Assembly: GCA_002299895.1 (NCBI GenBank)
Contig: DBOC01000008.1
Coordinates: 112,090-176,089 of the forward strand
Origin: Sphingomonadales bacterium UBA656
GTDB taxonomy: Bacteria > Pseudomonadota > Alphaproteobacteria > Sphingomonadales > Sphingomonadaceae
Direction: 5' to 3'
DNA length: 64,000 nucleotides
The notes beneath the pieces are model-generated. The model did not search any database and was not told the origin of the DNA. It saw only the letters and a program-made list of their open reading frames with translations. How positions within the stretch are numbered: position 1 is the stretch's first letter; the number at the start of each line of letters is the position of its first letter. This document shows positions 52,274 to 61,166 of this stretch, piece after piece. Made by a program: the position numbers and the translations under genes.

Positions 52274-53320
52274 TCAGGTCAAGGCAGCAAGCACCGCATC
52301 GCCCATATCGCGGGTCGAATGCGTGCCGCCGAGGTCAGGGGATCGTGCGCCGCCAGATAGTGCCTTTGCCACCGCGGCTTCAATACGGTCGGCCTGATCA
52401 GGCACGCCCAACGAGTAACGCAGCATCATTGCCGCCGACAATATCGTTGCAAGCGGGTTGGCCTTGCCCTGCCCCGCAATATCGGGCGCGCTGCCGTGGA
52501 TAGGCTCATACAATCCCTTTTGGGCGGCATCCAGCGACGCGCTCGGCAACATGCCAATCGAACCAGCGCACATGCTAGCCTGATCGGACAAGATATCGCC
52601 GAACAAATTGCCCGTTACGATGACGTCAAACTGGCCGGGGTTGCGCACCAACTGCATTGCGCAATTGTCGACATACATGTGGCTCAAAGCAACGTCGGGA
52701 AATTCAGCATGGGTTTCAATGACGACATCGCGCCACAATTGTGAGGTTTCAAGCACATTCGCCTTATCAACCGAGCATAATTTTTTCCCACGCGCCATTG
52801 CCGTTTCAAACCCTACGCGAGCGATGCGGCGAACTTCATCCTCATCATAAGACATGATGTCATAGCCTTCGCGCTTACCCTTGGTGGTTTTGCGCATGCC
52901 CTTTTCGCCGAAATAGACGTCGCCATTAAGTTCGCGGACGATGACCATGTCGATTTGTGTCGCAACTTCAGGACGAAGCGCGCTGGCATCGGCCAGTTCA
53001 GGAAACAAGGTGGCTGGGCGGAGGTTCGCGAACAAGGAGAGTTCCTTGCGCAAGCCCAATATCGCCTGTTCTGGGCGCAGATGCCGTTCCAGCGCATCAC
53101 AATCGGGGTCACCGACCGCGCCAAACAATATCGCATCGGCGCGCTTGGCAAGCGCGAGCGTGTCCGGCGGCAAAGGATGTCCAGCTGCCTTATAAGCGGC
53201 ACCGCCAACCAACGCCTCTTCAAAGGTCAGGCCACCAATGCCGAGCGCATCCAAAACGCGGCGTGCTTGCGTGATAACTTCGGGTCCGATTCCGTCCCCG
53301 GGTAACAAGGCAACTAACAT
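52274..53320 (-). CDS. leuB: 3-isopropylmalate dehydrogenase
   Basis: [45 protein letters not shown]. Confidence 0.98.
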   Translation of the reverse strand: MLVALLPGDGIGPEVITQARRVLDALGIGGLTFEEALVGGAAYKAAGHPLPPDTLALAKRADAILFGAVGDPDCDALERHLRPEQAILGLRKELSLFANLRPATLFPELADASALRPEVATQIDMVIVRELNGDVYFGEKGMRKTTKGKREGYDIMSYDEDEVRRIARVGFETAMARGKKLCSVDKANVLETSQLWRDVVIETHAEFPDVALSHMYVDNCAMQLVRNPGQFDVIVTGNLFGDILSDQASMCAGSIGMLPSASLDAAQKGLYEPIHGSAPDIAGQGKANPLATILSAAMMLRYSLGVPDQADRIEAAVAKALSGGARSPDLGGTHSTRDMGDAVLAALT

Positions 53321-53345
53321 TCGAACTGTCCTTCAATTTTTCTAC

Positions 53346-53435
53346 CGTCACCCTGAACTTGTTTCAGGGTCCATTTCTCGTCACAAGCCGCGGGCTATTG
53401 GGCATGATGGATGCTGAAACAAGCTCAGCATGACG
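53346..53435. repeat. CGTC-tagged double-hairpin repeat, copy 4
   Basis: CGTCACCCTGAACTTGTTTCAGGGTCCAT - 32 nt - ATGGATGCTGAAACAAGCTCAGCATGACG; lies between recO and leuB. Confidence 0.9.
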
Positions 53436-53476
53436 ATATTGAAATGTCAGGATTTCTCCTGCCAACAGCAGTGCAG

Positions 53477-54067
53477 TTATGCAACTGCCCTTTTCAACCG
53501 CTCCACGAGCCGTTCGCGCGCGGCCATGACATCCGCGCGACGGTCACCGAGCACATGCGCGACTAGCCGCTTGCGGGTTTGTGCCATCATAGCGACGGGC
53601 GCGCTGTCGCTGTCATATTCTTCGGCATAACCGAGTTCCGCGAGCAGCAAAGTCTCATACTGCGCCACCGCCCCTGCCCACACCCGTGCAGCTGGCGCCA
53701 ACTCTATAGCGGAAAGCAAACCATCCACCGCGCTGTGCACACGCGGATAAGTTACGCCCTCGGCCAACGTTGCTGCGGTCAGCGCCGTTACCCAATCAAT
53801 CGCAGCAGTTGCCAATGGCTCGCTGAGTAAATGTGCGCGACTATGGACAGGTTCGGGCGTCAGGCGCGCTAATTGGCCTACAATGCGCGTGCGCCATTCG
53901 CCCTTGATTACATTTCCGGGGATGAGGACTGGTCGCAACTGCCGCCCCCGTGCGCCCGCGACATAGCCTGCAAGCATACCGTGATCCGCCGTAAATGCCC
54001 GCACAATGGCCCCTGTTTCGCCATGGTTGCGGACCGCGCAGATGATGGCAGATGCCGAAATATCCAT
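53477..54067 (-). CDS. recO: DNA repair protein RecO (short form)
   Basis: RNHGETGAIV..FTADHG..AGYVAG, LIPGN, YPR, LLAELGY. Confidence 0.9.
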   Translation of the reverse strand: MDISASAIICAVRNHGETGAIVRAFTADHGMLAGYVAGARGRQLRPVLIPGNVIKGEWRTRIVGQLARLTPEPVHSRAHLLSEPLATAAIDWVTALTAATLAEGVTYPRVHSAVDGLLSAIELAPAARVWAGAVAQYETLLLAELGYAEEYDSDSAPVAMMAQTRKRLVAHVLGDRRADVMAARERLVERLKRAVA

Positions 54068-54166
54068 ACGCCCTCATGCCAAGACTGCCGCAAGAGGGGA
54101 AGCTCTATCGCACCAGCTTCGTCCTACAATCAAATTGACGGCACAACATTTTTGCCAAAACCGACA

Positions 54167-56119
54167 TCACCCGTTGCTATGATAATAATCATAGACCGTC
54201 TGCGCGACGGCGGCAGATACGCCGGGGGCCTTTTGCAAGTCCTCAAGGCTCGCATTGCGCACGGCACGGGCTGTGCCGAAATGCATGAGTAGCGCCTTTT
54301 TGCGCGATGGGCCAATGCCCGGAACTTCGTCAAGCGGACTGACGGTAATCGCCTTGCTGCGTTTCGCGCGGTGCGCACCAATGGCAAATCGGTGCGCCTC
54401 ATCGCGCAGCCGCTGCAAATAAAACATAACGGGCGCATTGACAGGAAGGGTGAATTCACGGCCATCGGGGAAGTGAAACGTCTCGCGGCCAGCATGACGG
54501 TCTGGGCCTTTGGACACGCCGATAAAAGCGACGTCCTCAACGCCCAATTCGCGCACGATTTGCATAACAGAGCTCATCTGCCCTTTGCCGCCGTCGATGA
54601 GGACAAGGTCCGGCCAGTTGGCATCGCGTTCAGGCTCGTTATCTTCCATCAACCGCCCAAATCGCCGTGCCATGACTTCGCGCATCATGGCGAAGTCATC
54701 GCCAGGTGCGGTATCCGGATTTTTGATGTTAAACTTACGATATTGGCCTTTGATGAAACCTTCCGGTCCTGCCACGATCATCGCGCCCAGCGCGTTAGTC
54801 CCCTGAATATGGCTGTTATCATAGACTTCGATCCGGCGCGGCGGTTCGGGCAATTCAAACAGGTCAGCCACCTCTTGCAGCAATTTACCCTGCGTCGTGC
54901 TCTCGGCCAGTCTCCGGTCGAGCGCCTCTTCGGCGTTACGTGTGGCTTGTTTAACCAAGCGCACACGGTCACCGCGTTGCGGCATGCTGATTTCAATCTT
55001 GCGTTCGGCACGTTCGGACAAGGCTTGCGCCAACAAGTCTGCTTCAGTCAGTTGCCGATCTACAAAAATGGATTTCGCAGGGGGTACATCTTCATAAAAC
55101 TGCGCGAGGAAGCTAGTAAGCACTTCATCTTCACTCATTTCCGCAACATGCGCGGGGAAGAAGGAACGATGCCCCCAATTTTGTCCGCCGCGAATGAAAA
55201 ACGCCTGAATACCCATCACTCCATTGCGATGCGCCAGCGCAAAGATATCGGCGTCGCCTACGCCCTCTGCGTTGATCGCCTGCGACCCTTGAATGAAGGT
55301 GAGCGCCCGCAGCCGGTCCCGAACCATAGCGGCACGTTCAAAGTCGAGTGCCTCGGCCGCCGTCTCCATCTCCTTGGCCAATTTCGCCTGAACAGCAGAG
55401 GATTTACCGTCGAGGAATGATTTGGCGTCCGCAACAAGACTGTCATAGGCCGCGTCATCAATTCTCCCGACGCAAGGCGCGGAGCAGCGTTTGATCTGGT
55501 ACAGCAAGCAAGGCCGATCCCGATTGTTAAAGAAGCTGTCGGTGCAACTGCGCAGCAAAAAGAGTTTTTGCAGCGCGTTCAGCGTTTGGTTGACGGAACC
55601 AGCGCTGGCGAATGGGCCGTAATATTGCCCCTTATGCCGCCGTGCACCGCGATGTTTCTGAATACGCGGAAATGGATGGTCGGCGCGCAACAGAATGAAG
55701 GGAAAGCTTTTATCGTCGCGCAGTAGCACATTATAAGCGGGGCGGTATCGCTTAATCAGCTGCGCCTCCAGCAACAGCGCCTCAGCCTCGCTATTGGTGG
55801 TAACGATGGTCATGGACCGCGTCAGCGCGACCATCCGGCGCAAGCGATTGGGTAGCCGGTCAATCTGCACATAATTGCCGACGCGGTTCTTTAAGGCGCG
55901 TGCCTTACCGACATAAAGAACATCACCCCGCGCATCGTGCATGCGATAAACGCCGGGTTTAAGCGGAAGGGTTTTCAGGACATTGCGGATCGCGGCGATG
56001 CCGGTGTCGAAATCAGGTGTGTCTGCACCACGTACCGCATAGGTCGCCTTTTCCTCGCTAAAGCGGGAAGCGGCATTGGGTTGGTCGGGGCGGTCGGCTT
56101 TGGACATGTTGCCTGCCAT
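54167..56119 (-). CDS. uvrC: Excinuclease ABC subunit C
   Basis: PGVYRM...LYVGKAR (GIY-YIG), CLLYQIKRCSAPC, IEVYDNSH, LIDGGKGQ, C-terminal HhH. Confidence 0.98.
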   Translation of the reverse strand: MAGNMSKADRPDQPNAASRFSEEKATYAVRGADTPDFDTGIAAIRNVLKTLPLKPGVYRMHDARGDVLYVGKARALKNRVGNYVQIDRLPNRLRRMVALTRSMTIVTTNSEAEALLLEAQLIKRYRPAYNVLLRDDKSFPFILLRADHPFPRIQKHRGARRHKGQYYGPFASAGSVNQTLNALQKLFLLRSCTDSFFNNRDRPCLLYQIKRCSAPCVGRIDDAAYDSLVADAKSFLDGKSSAVQAKLAKEMETAAEALDFERAAMVRDRLRALTFIQGSQAINAEGVGDADIFALAHRNGVMGIQAFFIRGGQNWGHRSFFPAHVAEMSEDEVLTSFLAQFYEDVPPAKSIFVDRQLTEADLLAQALSERAERKIEISMPQRGDRVRLVKQATRNAEEALDRRLAESTTQGKLLQEVADLFELPEPPRRIEVYDNSHIQGTNALGAMIVAGPEGFIKGQYRKFNIKNPDTAPGDDFAMMREVMARRFGRLMEDNEPERDANWPDLVLIDGGKGQMSSVMQIVRELGVEDVAFIGVSKGPDRHAGRETFHFPDGREFTLPVNAPVMFYLQRLRDEAHRFAIGAHRAKRSKAITVSPLDEVPGIGPSRKKALLMHFGTARAVRNASLEDLQKAPGVSAAVAQTVYDYYHSNG

Positions 56120-56145
56120 GTAGGCAACGTCTTTGCGCGACACAA

Positions 56146-56172
56146 CGTCATTCCCGCATAGGCGGGGAAATG
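56146..56172. repeat. Degenerate single CGTC-tagged hairpin of a second family (CGTCATTCCCGC-ATAG-GCGGGGAAATG); may act as the atpF terminator
   Basis: Imperfect inverted repeat sharing the CGTCA 5' tag. Confidence 0.5.
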
Positions 56173-56192
56173 CCGAGTTTTAATGTTTCTGC

Positions 56193-56813
56193 TTAGTTCA
56201 GCGACGCAATCGACTGATCGATCAATGCAGCGTCGGCCTTCGCATCATGATGCGTGGAGATAAGCTGTGCCGCGGCGGCAGCAGCGGCAGCGGCAGCCGT
56301 TTTGCGGACATCGGCAATCGCAGCGCGTTCTGCGGCAGCGATTTTATCTTCAGCGGCTTGAGCGCGGCGGCCAATCAATGCGGTAGCGTCGGACTTAGCG
56401 CGTGCAACAATTTCTTTGGCTTCTTCTTCCGCAGCAGCCTTCATCGCTTCAGCATCTTTCGCCGCTTGCTTGGCCTTTGCTTCATATTCGGCCTTAATGG
56501 CTTCTGCTTCGGCACGTAAAGCAGTTGCTTGGTCCAATTGCTGACGAATGCCCGCAATCTGGTTATCCAAAGCGCCACCAATCATCGCGGGGACTTTTTT
56601 CCAGATAGCCAAAACGATCACGACGAGCATTGCCAAAGCGACCAGCATGGAGGCATCAAAGCCCAGTGCCGACGGCGTGACATGTTCTTCAGCGCTCGTG
56701 TGCGCTTCGGTTGTCGCATGCGTTTCTGCTGCTGGTGCTGCAATTGCAACCGCGTCGGTTGCAGGCGCGGCTGCTGTTGCGGCAGCTTCGGTTTCTAATG
56801 CTGGATTAGCCAT
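56193..56813 (-). CDS. atpF: F0 ATP synthase subunit b
   Basis: TM (LVALAMLVVIVLAIWKKVP), LDNQIAGIRQQLDQA coiled coil, KIAAAERAA. Confidence 0.93.
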   Translation of the reverse strand: MANPALETEAAATAAAPATDAVAIAAPAAETHATTEAHTSAEEHVTPSALGFDASMLVALAMLVVIVLAIWKKVPAMIGGALDNQIAGIRQQLDQATALRAEAEAIKAEYEAKAKQAAKDAEAMKAAAEEEAKEIVARAKSDATALIGRRAQAAEDKIAAAERAAIADVRKTAAAAAAAAAAQLISTHHDAKADAALIDQSIASLN

Positions 56814-57300
56814 GCGACATTACCGCCTTCACTGCTTTTGTGGCTTGCGCAGATGTGACCTTTGCACCGGATACCTTGGCAACGATGTCAGCCGCGGCTT
56901 CTGCAGCCACGGTTTCTATGCCGGATAATGCTTTGGCCGTTGCCTTTGCCAAATCGGCATCGGCAGCGGCAATCTTTGCGCTGATTTCGGCGTCGGCCTT
57001 TGCCAGACGCGCATCCGCATCCTTGGCAGCCTTCGCCTTGGCAGCGGCGGACTTAGCTTGCGCAGCAATCCGCGCCGCCGTTAGATCAGCAGCGCCGCTA
57101 TCACCCAGATTATTGGCCTCTGCCCGTGCATGTTCGGCAGCCGCAAGGTCGTCCGCAATCTTGCGATCACGTGCGTCCATCGTAGCTTCTACCTTTGGCA
57201 ACATGAACCGGCCGACCGTAAAATAGATCAAGCCGAATACGATCAACAGCCAAAAGAACTGCGATGCATAGGTTTCAAGGATCTGACTAATCTGGGGCAT
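56806..57300 (-). CDS. F0 ATP synthase subunit b'
   Basis: MPQI...YASQFFWLLIVFGLIY...LPKV...RDRKIADDL. Confidence 0.93.
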   Translation of the reverse strand: MPQISQILETYASQFFWLLIVFGLIYFTVGRFMLPKVEATMDARDRKIADDLAAAEHARAEANNLGDSGAADLTAARIAAQAKSAAAKAKAAKDADARLAKADAEISAKIAAADADLAKATAKALSGIETVAAEAAADIVAKVSGAKVTSAQATKAVKAVMSHG

Positions 57301-57320
57301 ATTATGCGTTCGTCCTTATG

Positions 57321-57348
57321 AAAGAAGGCCCCGGCGCAATGCCGGGGC
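57321..57348 (-). terminator. Stem-loop after atpE (GCCCCGGC-N5-GCCGGGGC followed by CUUCUUU on the minus strand)
   Basis: Perfect 8-bp GC stem at 57328-57348 between atpE and the b' gene. Confidence 0.7.
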
Positions 57349-57358
57349 GAACTGTCAG

Positions 57359-57586
57359 TTAGGCAACGAAGATCAGGATCATCGCGATAACGAACGCGAG
57401 CAGACCGAGAAGTTCGACGGCGGCGAAGCCGATGAACAGACGGCCCTGCTGGCTGTCGGCTGCTGCAGGGTTACGCAATGCGCCCTGAAGGAATGAGCTA
57501 AAAACGTTACCAACACCGCCAGCGGCGATACCGGCACCAATTGCTGCCAGACCGGCACCGATCATTTGGGCTGCTTCTGCGTCCAT
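57359..57586 (-). CDS. atpE: F0 ATP synthase subunit c
   Basis: GAGLAAIG, RNP loop, proton-binding Glu in FAAVELLG. Confidence 0.98.
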   Translation of the reverse strand: MDAEAAQMIGAGLAAIGAGIAAGGVGNVFSSFLQGALRNPAAADSQQGRLFIGFAAVELLGLLAFVIAMILIFVA

Positions 57587-57627
57587 GATAATAACTCCTA
57601 TTGAAAAATAAACTTAGTGGTTGAAAA

Positions 57628-58413
57628 TTAGTGCAAATTGACAGCGTCGTTAATGTACAGCGACGTCAAAAGCGCGAAAACATAAGCCTGAATGGCACAC
57701 ACAAGCAGTTCAAGCAAAGTGATACCAATCATCAGCAAAAACGCAGGGACGCTGACGATTAGGGGAACCCATGCGGCTTCGGCATTCAGGCCGTTGATCA
57801 CAAATCCAGCGAGCACTTTCATCATGATATGACCCGCGGTCATGGCGACGAACAAACGCAGCGCGAGGCTGAATGGACGGATCATGAAGGAAAAAAGCTC
57901 GATGACTGGGATCAGCCAAAGCAGCCACCATGGCGTACCATGCGGCACGAACAGGCTAAAGAAATGGAAACCATGCTTCCAAAAGCCAACGACCAATACC
58001 GTGCCGAAGCTGAACAATGCCAGCACCGCCGTTACTGTCAGATGACTAGTAATGGTGAACGGGTGCACGCCGGGGACGATCCCAAAGGGCATCATGCCCA
58101 TGAAATTCGCCATTAGGATGAACATGAACAATGAGAAGACCAAGGGCACATATTTCTTGCCCTCAGGACCGACATTTGCGGTCAGCATATTGTTGATGAA
58201 GCCAGTTGCACCTTCGACTGCCATTTGCCAGCGGCCGGGAACCATGTCACGCTTCATTCCGCCTGCCATGAAGAGCCACAAAGCACCAAGAACAAGCACC
58301 ATGAACAAAGAAGAGTTGGTGAAGGAGACGTCATAACCACCAAGCTCAAGCTGCGCGAGCGGCTCAATCTTGAACTGGTACATCGGATCGATTTTGCCGC
58401 TTTCGCCTGCCAC
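57628..58413 (-). CDS. atpB: F0 ATP synthase subunit a
   Basis: PGRWQ, RPFSLALRLF, ELLVCAIQAYVF. GTG start inferred. Confidence 0.98.
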   Translation of the reverse strand: MAGESGKIDPMYQFKIEPLAQLELGGYDVSFTNSSLFMVLVLGALWLFMAGGMKRDMVPGRWQMAVEGATGFINNMLTANVGPEGKKYVPLVFSLFMFILMANFMGMMPFGIVPGVHPFTITSHLTVTAVLALFSFGTVLVVGFWKHGFHFFSLFVPHGTPWWLLWLIPVIELFSFMIRPFSLALRLFVAMTAGHIMMKVLAGFVINGLNAEAAWVPLIVSVPAFLLMIGITLLELLVCAIQAYVFALLTSLYINDAVNLH

Positions 58414-58450
58414 GTTCACTACCCTGTTAAATACACGTCAAGCGCCCAGA

Positions 58451-58768
58451 TTAGTCCGGACGCTCAGCTGAAATCTTTATGATATTCCTGAAGGCGACCG
58501 CGATGCCCAAAAACATGCACGTCAACAGGAGCGCAGGTGCGATGCCCAGCAAGCGGTCCAATAACCAGCCAACCAAAGCGCCACCAGCCGGACCCGCAAT
58601 AAGTTCGGTCAAAACCCTGTTCCCTTGCCGCATTCCTTTGGCCGGAACTTGATCCTTACCAGCACGAACTGCTTCGGCTTTCCGCGCCGCTTTCAGCTGC
58701 AAATCTAACGAATCGAGCCGCGCGTCACTTGTGCCTTCATTGTCCTGCCCGGGATTATTTGAATTCAT
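58451..58768 (-). CDS. atpI: AtpI/AtpZ-family ATP synthase accessory protein
   Basis: ELIAGPAGGALVGWLLDRLLG.AP...LFLG..AF.NI; first gene of the F0 operon. Confidence 0.85.
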   Translation of the reverse strand: MNSNNPGQDNEGTSDARLDSLDLQLKAARKAEAVRAGKDQVPAKGMRQGNRVLTELIAGPAGGALVGWLLDRLLGIAPALLLTCMFLGIAVAFRNIIKISAERPD

Positions 58769-59098
58769 GTGATTCCGTCCTTTCAGAACAAGGGAAACCA
58801 CCTCGAAATCGGGCAAACCCCGCCTAGGCAGGGGCGCTTTAGGAGAGCCCCCGCGCCAAGTCAACAGCGCGCCTGCAAGATTGTTGCAACGCAATAGAAA
58901 AGGACGCGCCCTCTCTGTCAGGCCCCATCCGTTCCATTATGGCAATGTTATTATTTTCCCGATGCTGTCTGGTACTTTTTACCCGCAACCTTGCGTTCGG
59001 AAATCATGCGCCCGCTGTGCGCAACGTCATTTCAGTGATGCGACTTGCGTATGACGCAAAAATCACAGAAAAGAGCAATATCACAACAGGATAGCCTG

Positions 59099-59794
59099 AT
59101 GACAGATATCGCGGATAGGACGGAGCATCATGGCACGGGCCACCGCGCGCGTTTGCGTAAACGCCTGTTGGAGAAAAATGGAGAGAGCTTACACGACCAT
59201 GAATTGATTGAATATCTCCTCGCGCTCGCCATTCCGCGCCGAGATACAAAGCAAATCGCGAAGGATTTGATTCAACGATATGGTAGCCTGTCAGCTTTGC
59301 TAACGGCAGACGCCGACAGCATAATGCAAGAAAAATGGATGGGCGAAACCAGCGTTGCGGCGCTGAAAATAGTCCAAGTGGCTGCGCTTCGCCTGCTTAG
59401 CGAACCCGTGCGTGAGTTGCCGATTCTGTCATCATGGCAATCGCTGCTAGATTATCTCCGCGCGGACATGGCGCATCTGACGATTGAGCGCGTGCGCACG
59501 CTCTATCTCAACAGCAAAAACATGCTGATCCGCGATGAGGTAGCGAGCGAGGGCTCCGTCGACCAAGCAGCGATTTACACGCGCGAAGTCATCCGCCGCG
59601 CGATGGACCTTGGCGCAGCGGCAATTATTCTTGTCCACAATCATCCCAGCGGGGACAGTGCGCCCAGCCGCCAAGATATCGCGATGACGCGCGACATTGC
59701 CGATGCGGGGAAAAAGTTCGGAATTGCCGTGCATGACCATATCATCATCGGCAAGAATGGCTTTAGCAGTATGCGCAGCTCCGGGCTGATTTAG
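59099..59794 (+). CDS. radC: RadC-like JAB domain protein
   Basis: GHRARLR, HELIEYLL, GSVDQAAIYTREV, HNHPSGDSAPSRQD, HDHIII. Confidence 0.95.
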   Translation: MTDIADRTEHHGTGHRARLRKRLLEKNGESLHDHELIEYLLALAIPRRDTKQIAKDLIQRYGSLSALLTADADSIMQEKWMGETSVAALKIVQVAALRLLSEPVRELPILSSWQSLLDYLRADMAHLTIERVRTLYLNSKNMLIRDEVASEGSVDQAAIYTREVIRRAMDLGAAAIILVHNHPSGDSAPSRQDIAMTRDIADAGKKFGIAVHDHIIIGKNGFSSMRSSGLI

Positions 59795-59833
59795 CGGGTA
59801 GCAAAATGGTGGCCGCTCCCGCATAGCCATAAA

Positions 59834-61087
59834 ATGCCTTCTTCGTCTCCCTTAAAGAAATCCATTGGCACGCGTGAGCTGACTGTCATGATGTCGTCAC
59901 TCATGGCGCTGAATGCGCTGGCCATTGACGCAATGTTGCCGGCCTTCCCTGCCATGGTGCGCGGCCTTAAAATCGCCGAGCCGAACCAGATTCAATTTAT
60001 CATTTCCATCTTTCTGGCAGGAACGGGAATCGGGGCGCTCATTTATGGTCCATTGTCCGACCGCTATGGCCGAAAACCGATATTGTTGATTGCGACCGTC
60101 GGCGCGGCGATAGCATCGCTAGCATGTTCCTTCGCGCCTAATTTTGAAATCATGCTGGTCATGCGCTTTATCCATGGGCTGCTGGCCGCGGCTATGGGGG
60201 TTCTCGTGATTTCGGTGATCCGCGACCAGTTTGAAGGCGACGCCATGGCGCGGCGTATGTCGACTATTTTCCTCATCTTCATGATTGTACCAATTATTGC
60301 GCCTACAATTGGCCAGTTGGTGCTTCTGTTGGCCGGCTGGCGGATGATTTTTGACCTCATGGCCTTCATGGCCATCGTAGCCGCTATATGGGTCTATCTG
60401 CGCTTACCCGAGACGTTGGTACCCGAAAATGTCATCCCCATTCAGCCAAAGGCACTGGCAAAAGCATGGAAGGTCGTAGTCCTGAACCGCAACGCGGCAG
60501 GTTATATGATTGGCGCCGGTGTCACGCAGGGTGCCTTGTTCGGCTATCTCAACAGCTCGCAGCAGATGTTTGATAAGGTATTCAACGCCGCCGATTTCTT
60601 CACTATTGGCTTTGCAATCATCGCCATCGGTATAGCGGTGTCCAACTTCACCAATTCACGGATCGTCGAACGTTTTGGCGCGCGCCGTGTGTCGCAGACG
60701 GCGTTACTGACCTTTATCGCAATGGGTGCGTTGCAATTGCTAGCAGCACGCTTTGCACCAACATCCTTGCCGATCTTCCTCACCTTGTTGACCGGAAATA
60801 TGGCGATGGTTGGTTTTATCGGCTCCAACTTCTCGTCCATTGCAATGTCGCCATTTGGCCATGTCGCAGGGGCAGCTTCGTCCTTCCAAACATTCGTCCG
60901 AACGGTGCTGGCGGCGACCCTCGGCGCCACCATCGGACAACAGTTTGATGGCACGGTCTATCCAGTTGCGCTCGGCTTTCTCTGCTGCGGTCTGGTGGCG
61001 CTAGGCCTTGTCTTGTGGTGTGAAAAAGGAAAGCTGTTCACACGCCCCGGAACAACACAGCCCTTACCTTCCAACCCGCACAATTAG
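59834..61087 (+). CDS. Bcr/CflA family multidrug MFS transporter
   Basis: ALAIDAMLPAFP, GPLSDRYGRKP, MRFIHG, PIIAPTIG, LPETL. Confidence 0.93.
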   Translation: MPSSSPLKKSIGTRELTVMMSSLMALNALAIDAMLPAFPAMVRGLKIAEPNQIQFIISIFLAGTGIGALIYGPLSDRYGRKPILLIATVGAAIASLACSFAPNFEIMLVMRFIHGLLAAAMGVLVISVIRDQFEGDAMARRMSTIFLIFMIVPIIAPTIGQLVLLLAGWRMIFDLMAFMAIVAAIWVYLRLPETLVPENVIPIQPKALAKAWKVVVLNRNAAGYMIGAGVTQGALFGYLNSSQQMFDKVFNAADFFTIGFAIIAIGIAVSNFTNSRIVERFGARRVSQTALLTFIAMGALQLLAARFAPTSLPIFLTLLTGNMAMVGFIGSNFSSIAMSPFGHVAGAASSFQTFVRTVLAATLGATIGQQFDGTVYPVALGFLCCGLVALGLVLWCEKGKLFTRPGTTQPLPSNPHN

Positions 61088-61090
61088 CCC

Positions 61091-61117
61091 AAAGAAAAGG
61101 GGCGCCGAAGCACCCCT
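61091..61117 (-). terminator. Intrinsic terminator of the APC permease gene
   Basis: Minus strand reads AGGGGUGC-UUCG-GCGCCCCU-UUUCUUU (C-UUCG-G tetraloop plus U tract); lies between convergent genes. Confidence 0.8.
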
Positions 61118-61166
61118 GTCCTTTTGTTATTTGATGGTTTCCTTAGTCCACAATAGGACCAAGAAA

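Noticed and set aside
57359-57586. Na+-translocating ATP synthase
   Set aside because: Subunit c has AVELL and lacks the E-S/T and upstream Q/E Na+-binding signature; consistent with H+ coupling.
59099-59794. radC as a marker of a mobile or anti-restriction island
   Set aside because: It is the long chromosomal form with an N-terminal helical region, flanked by atp and MFS genes, with no integrase or other mobile genes nearby.
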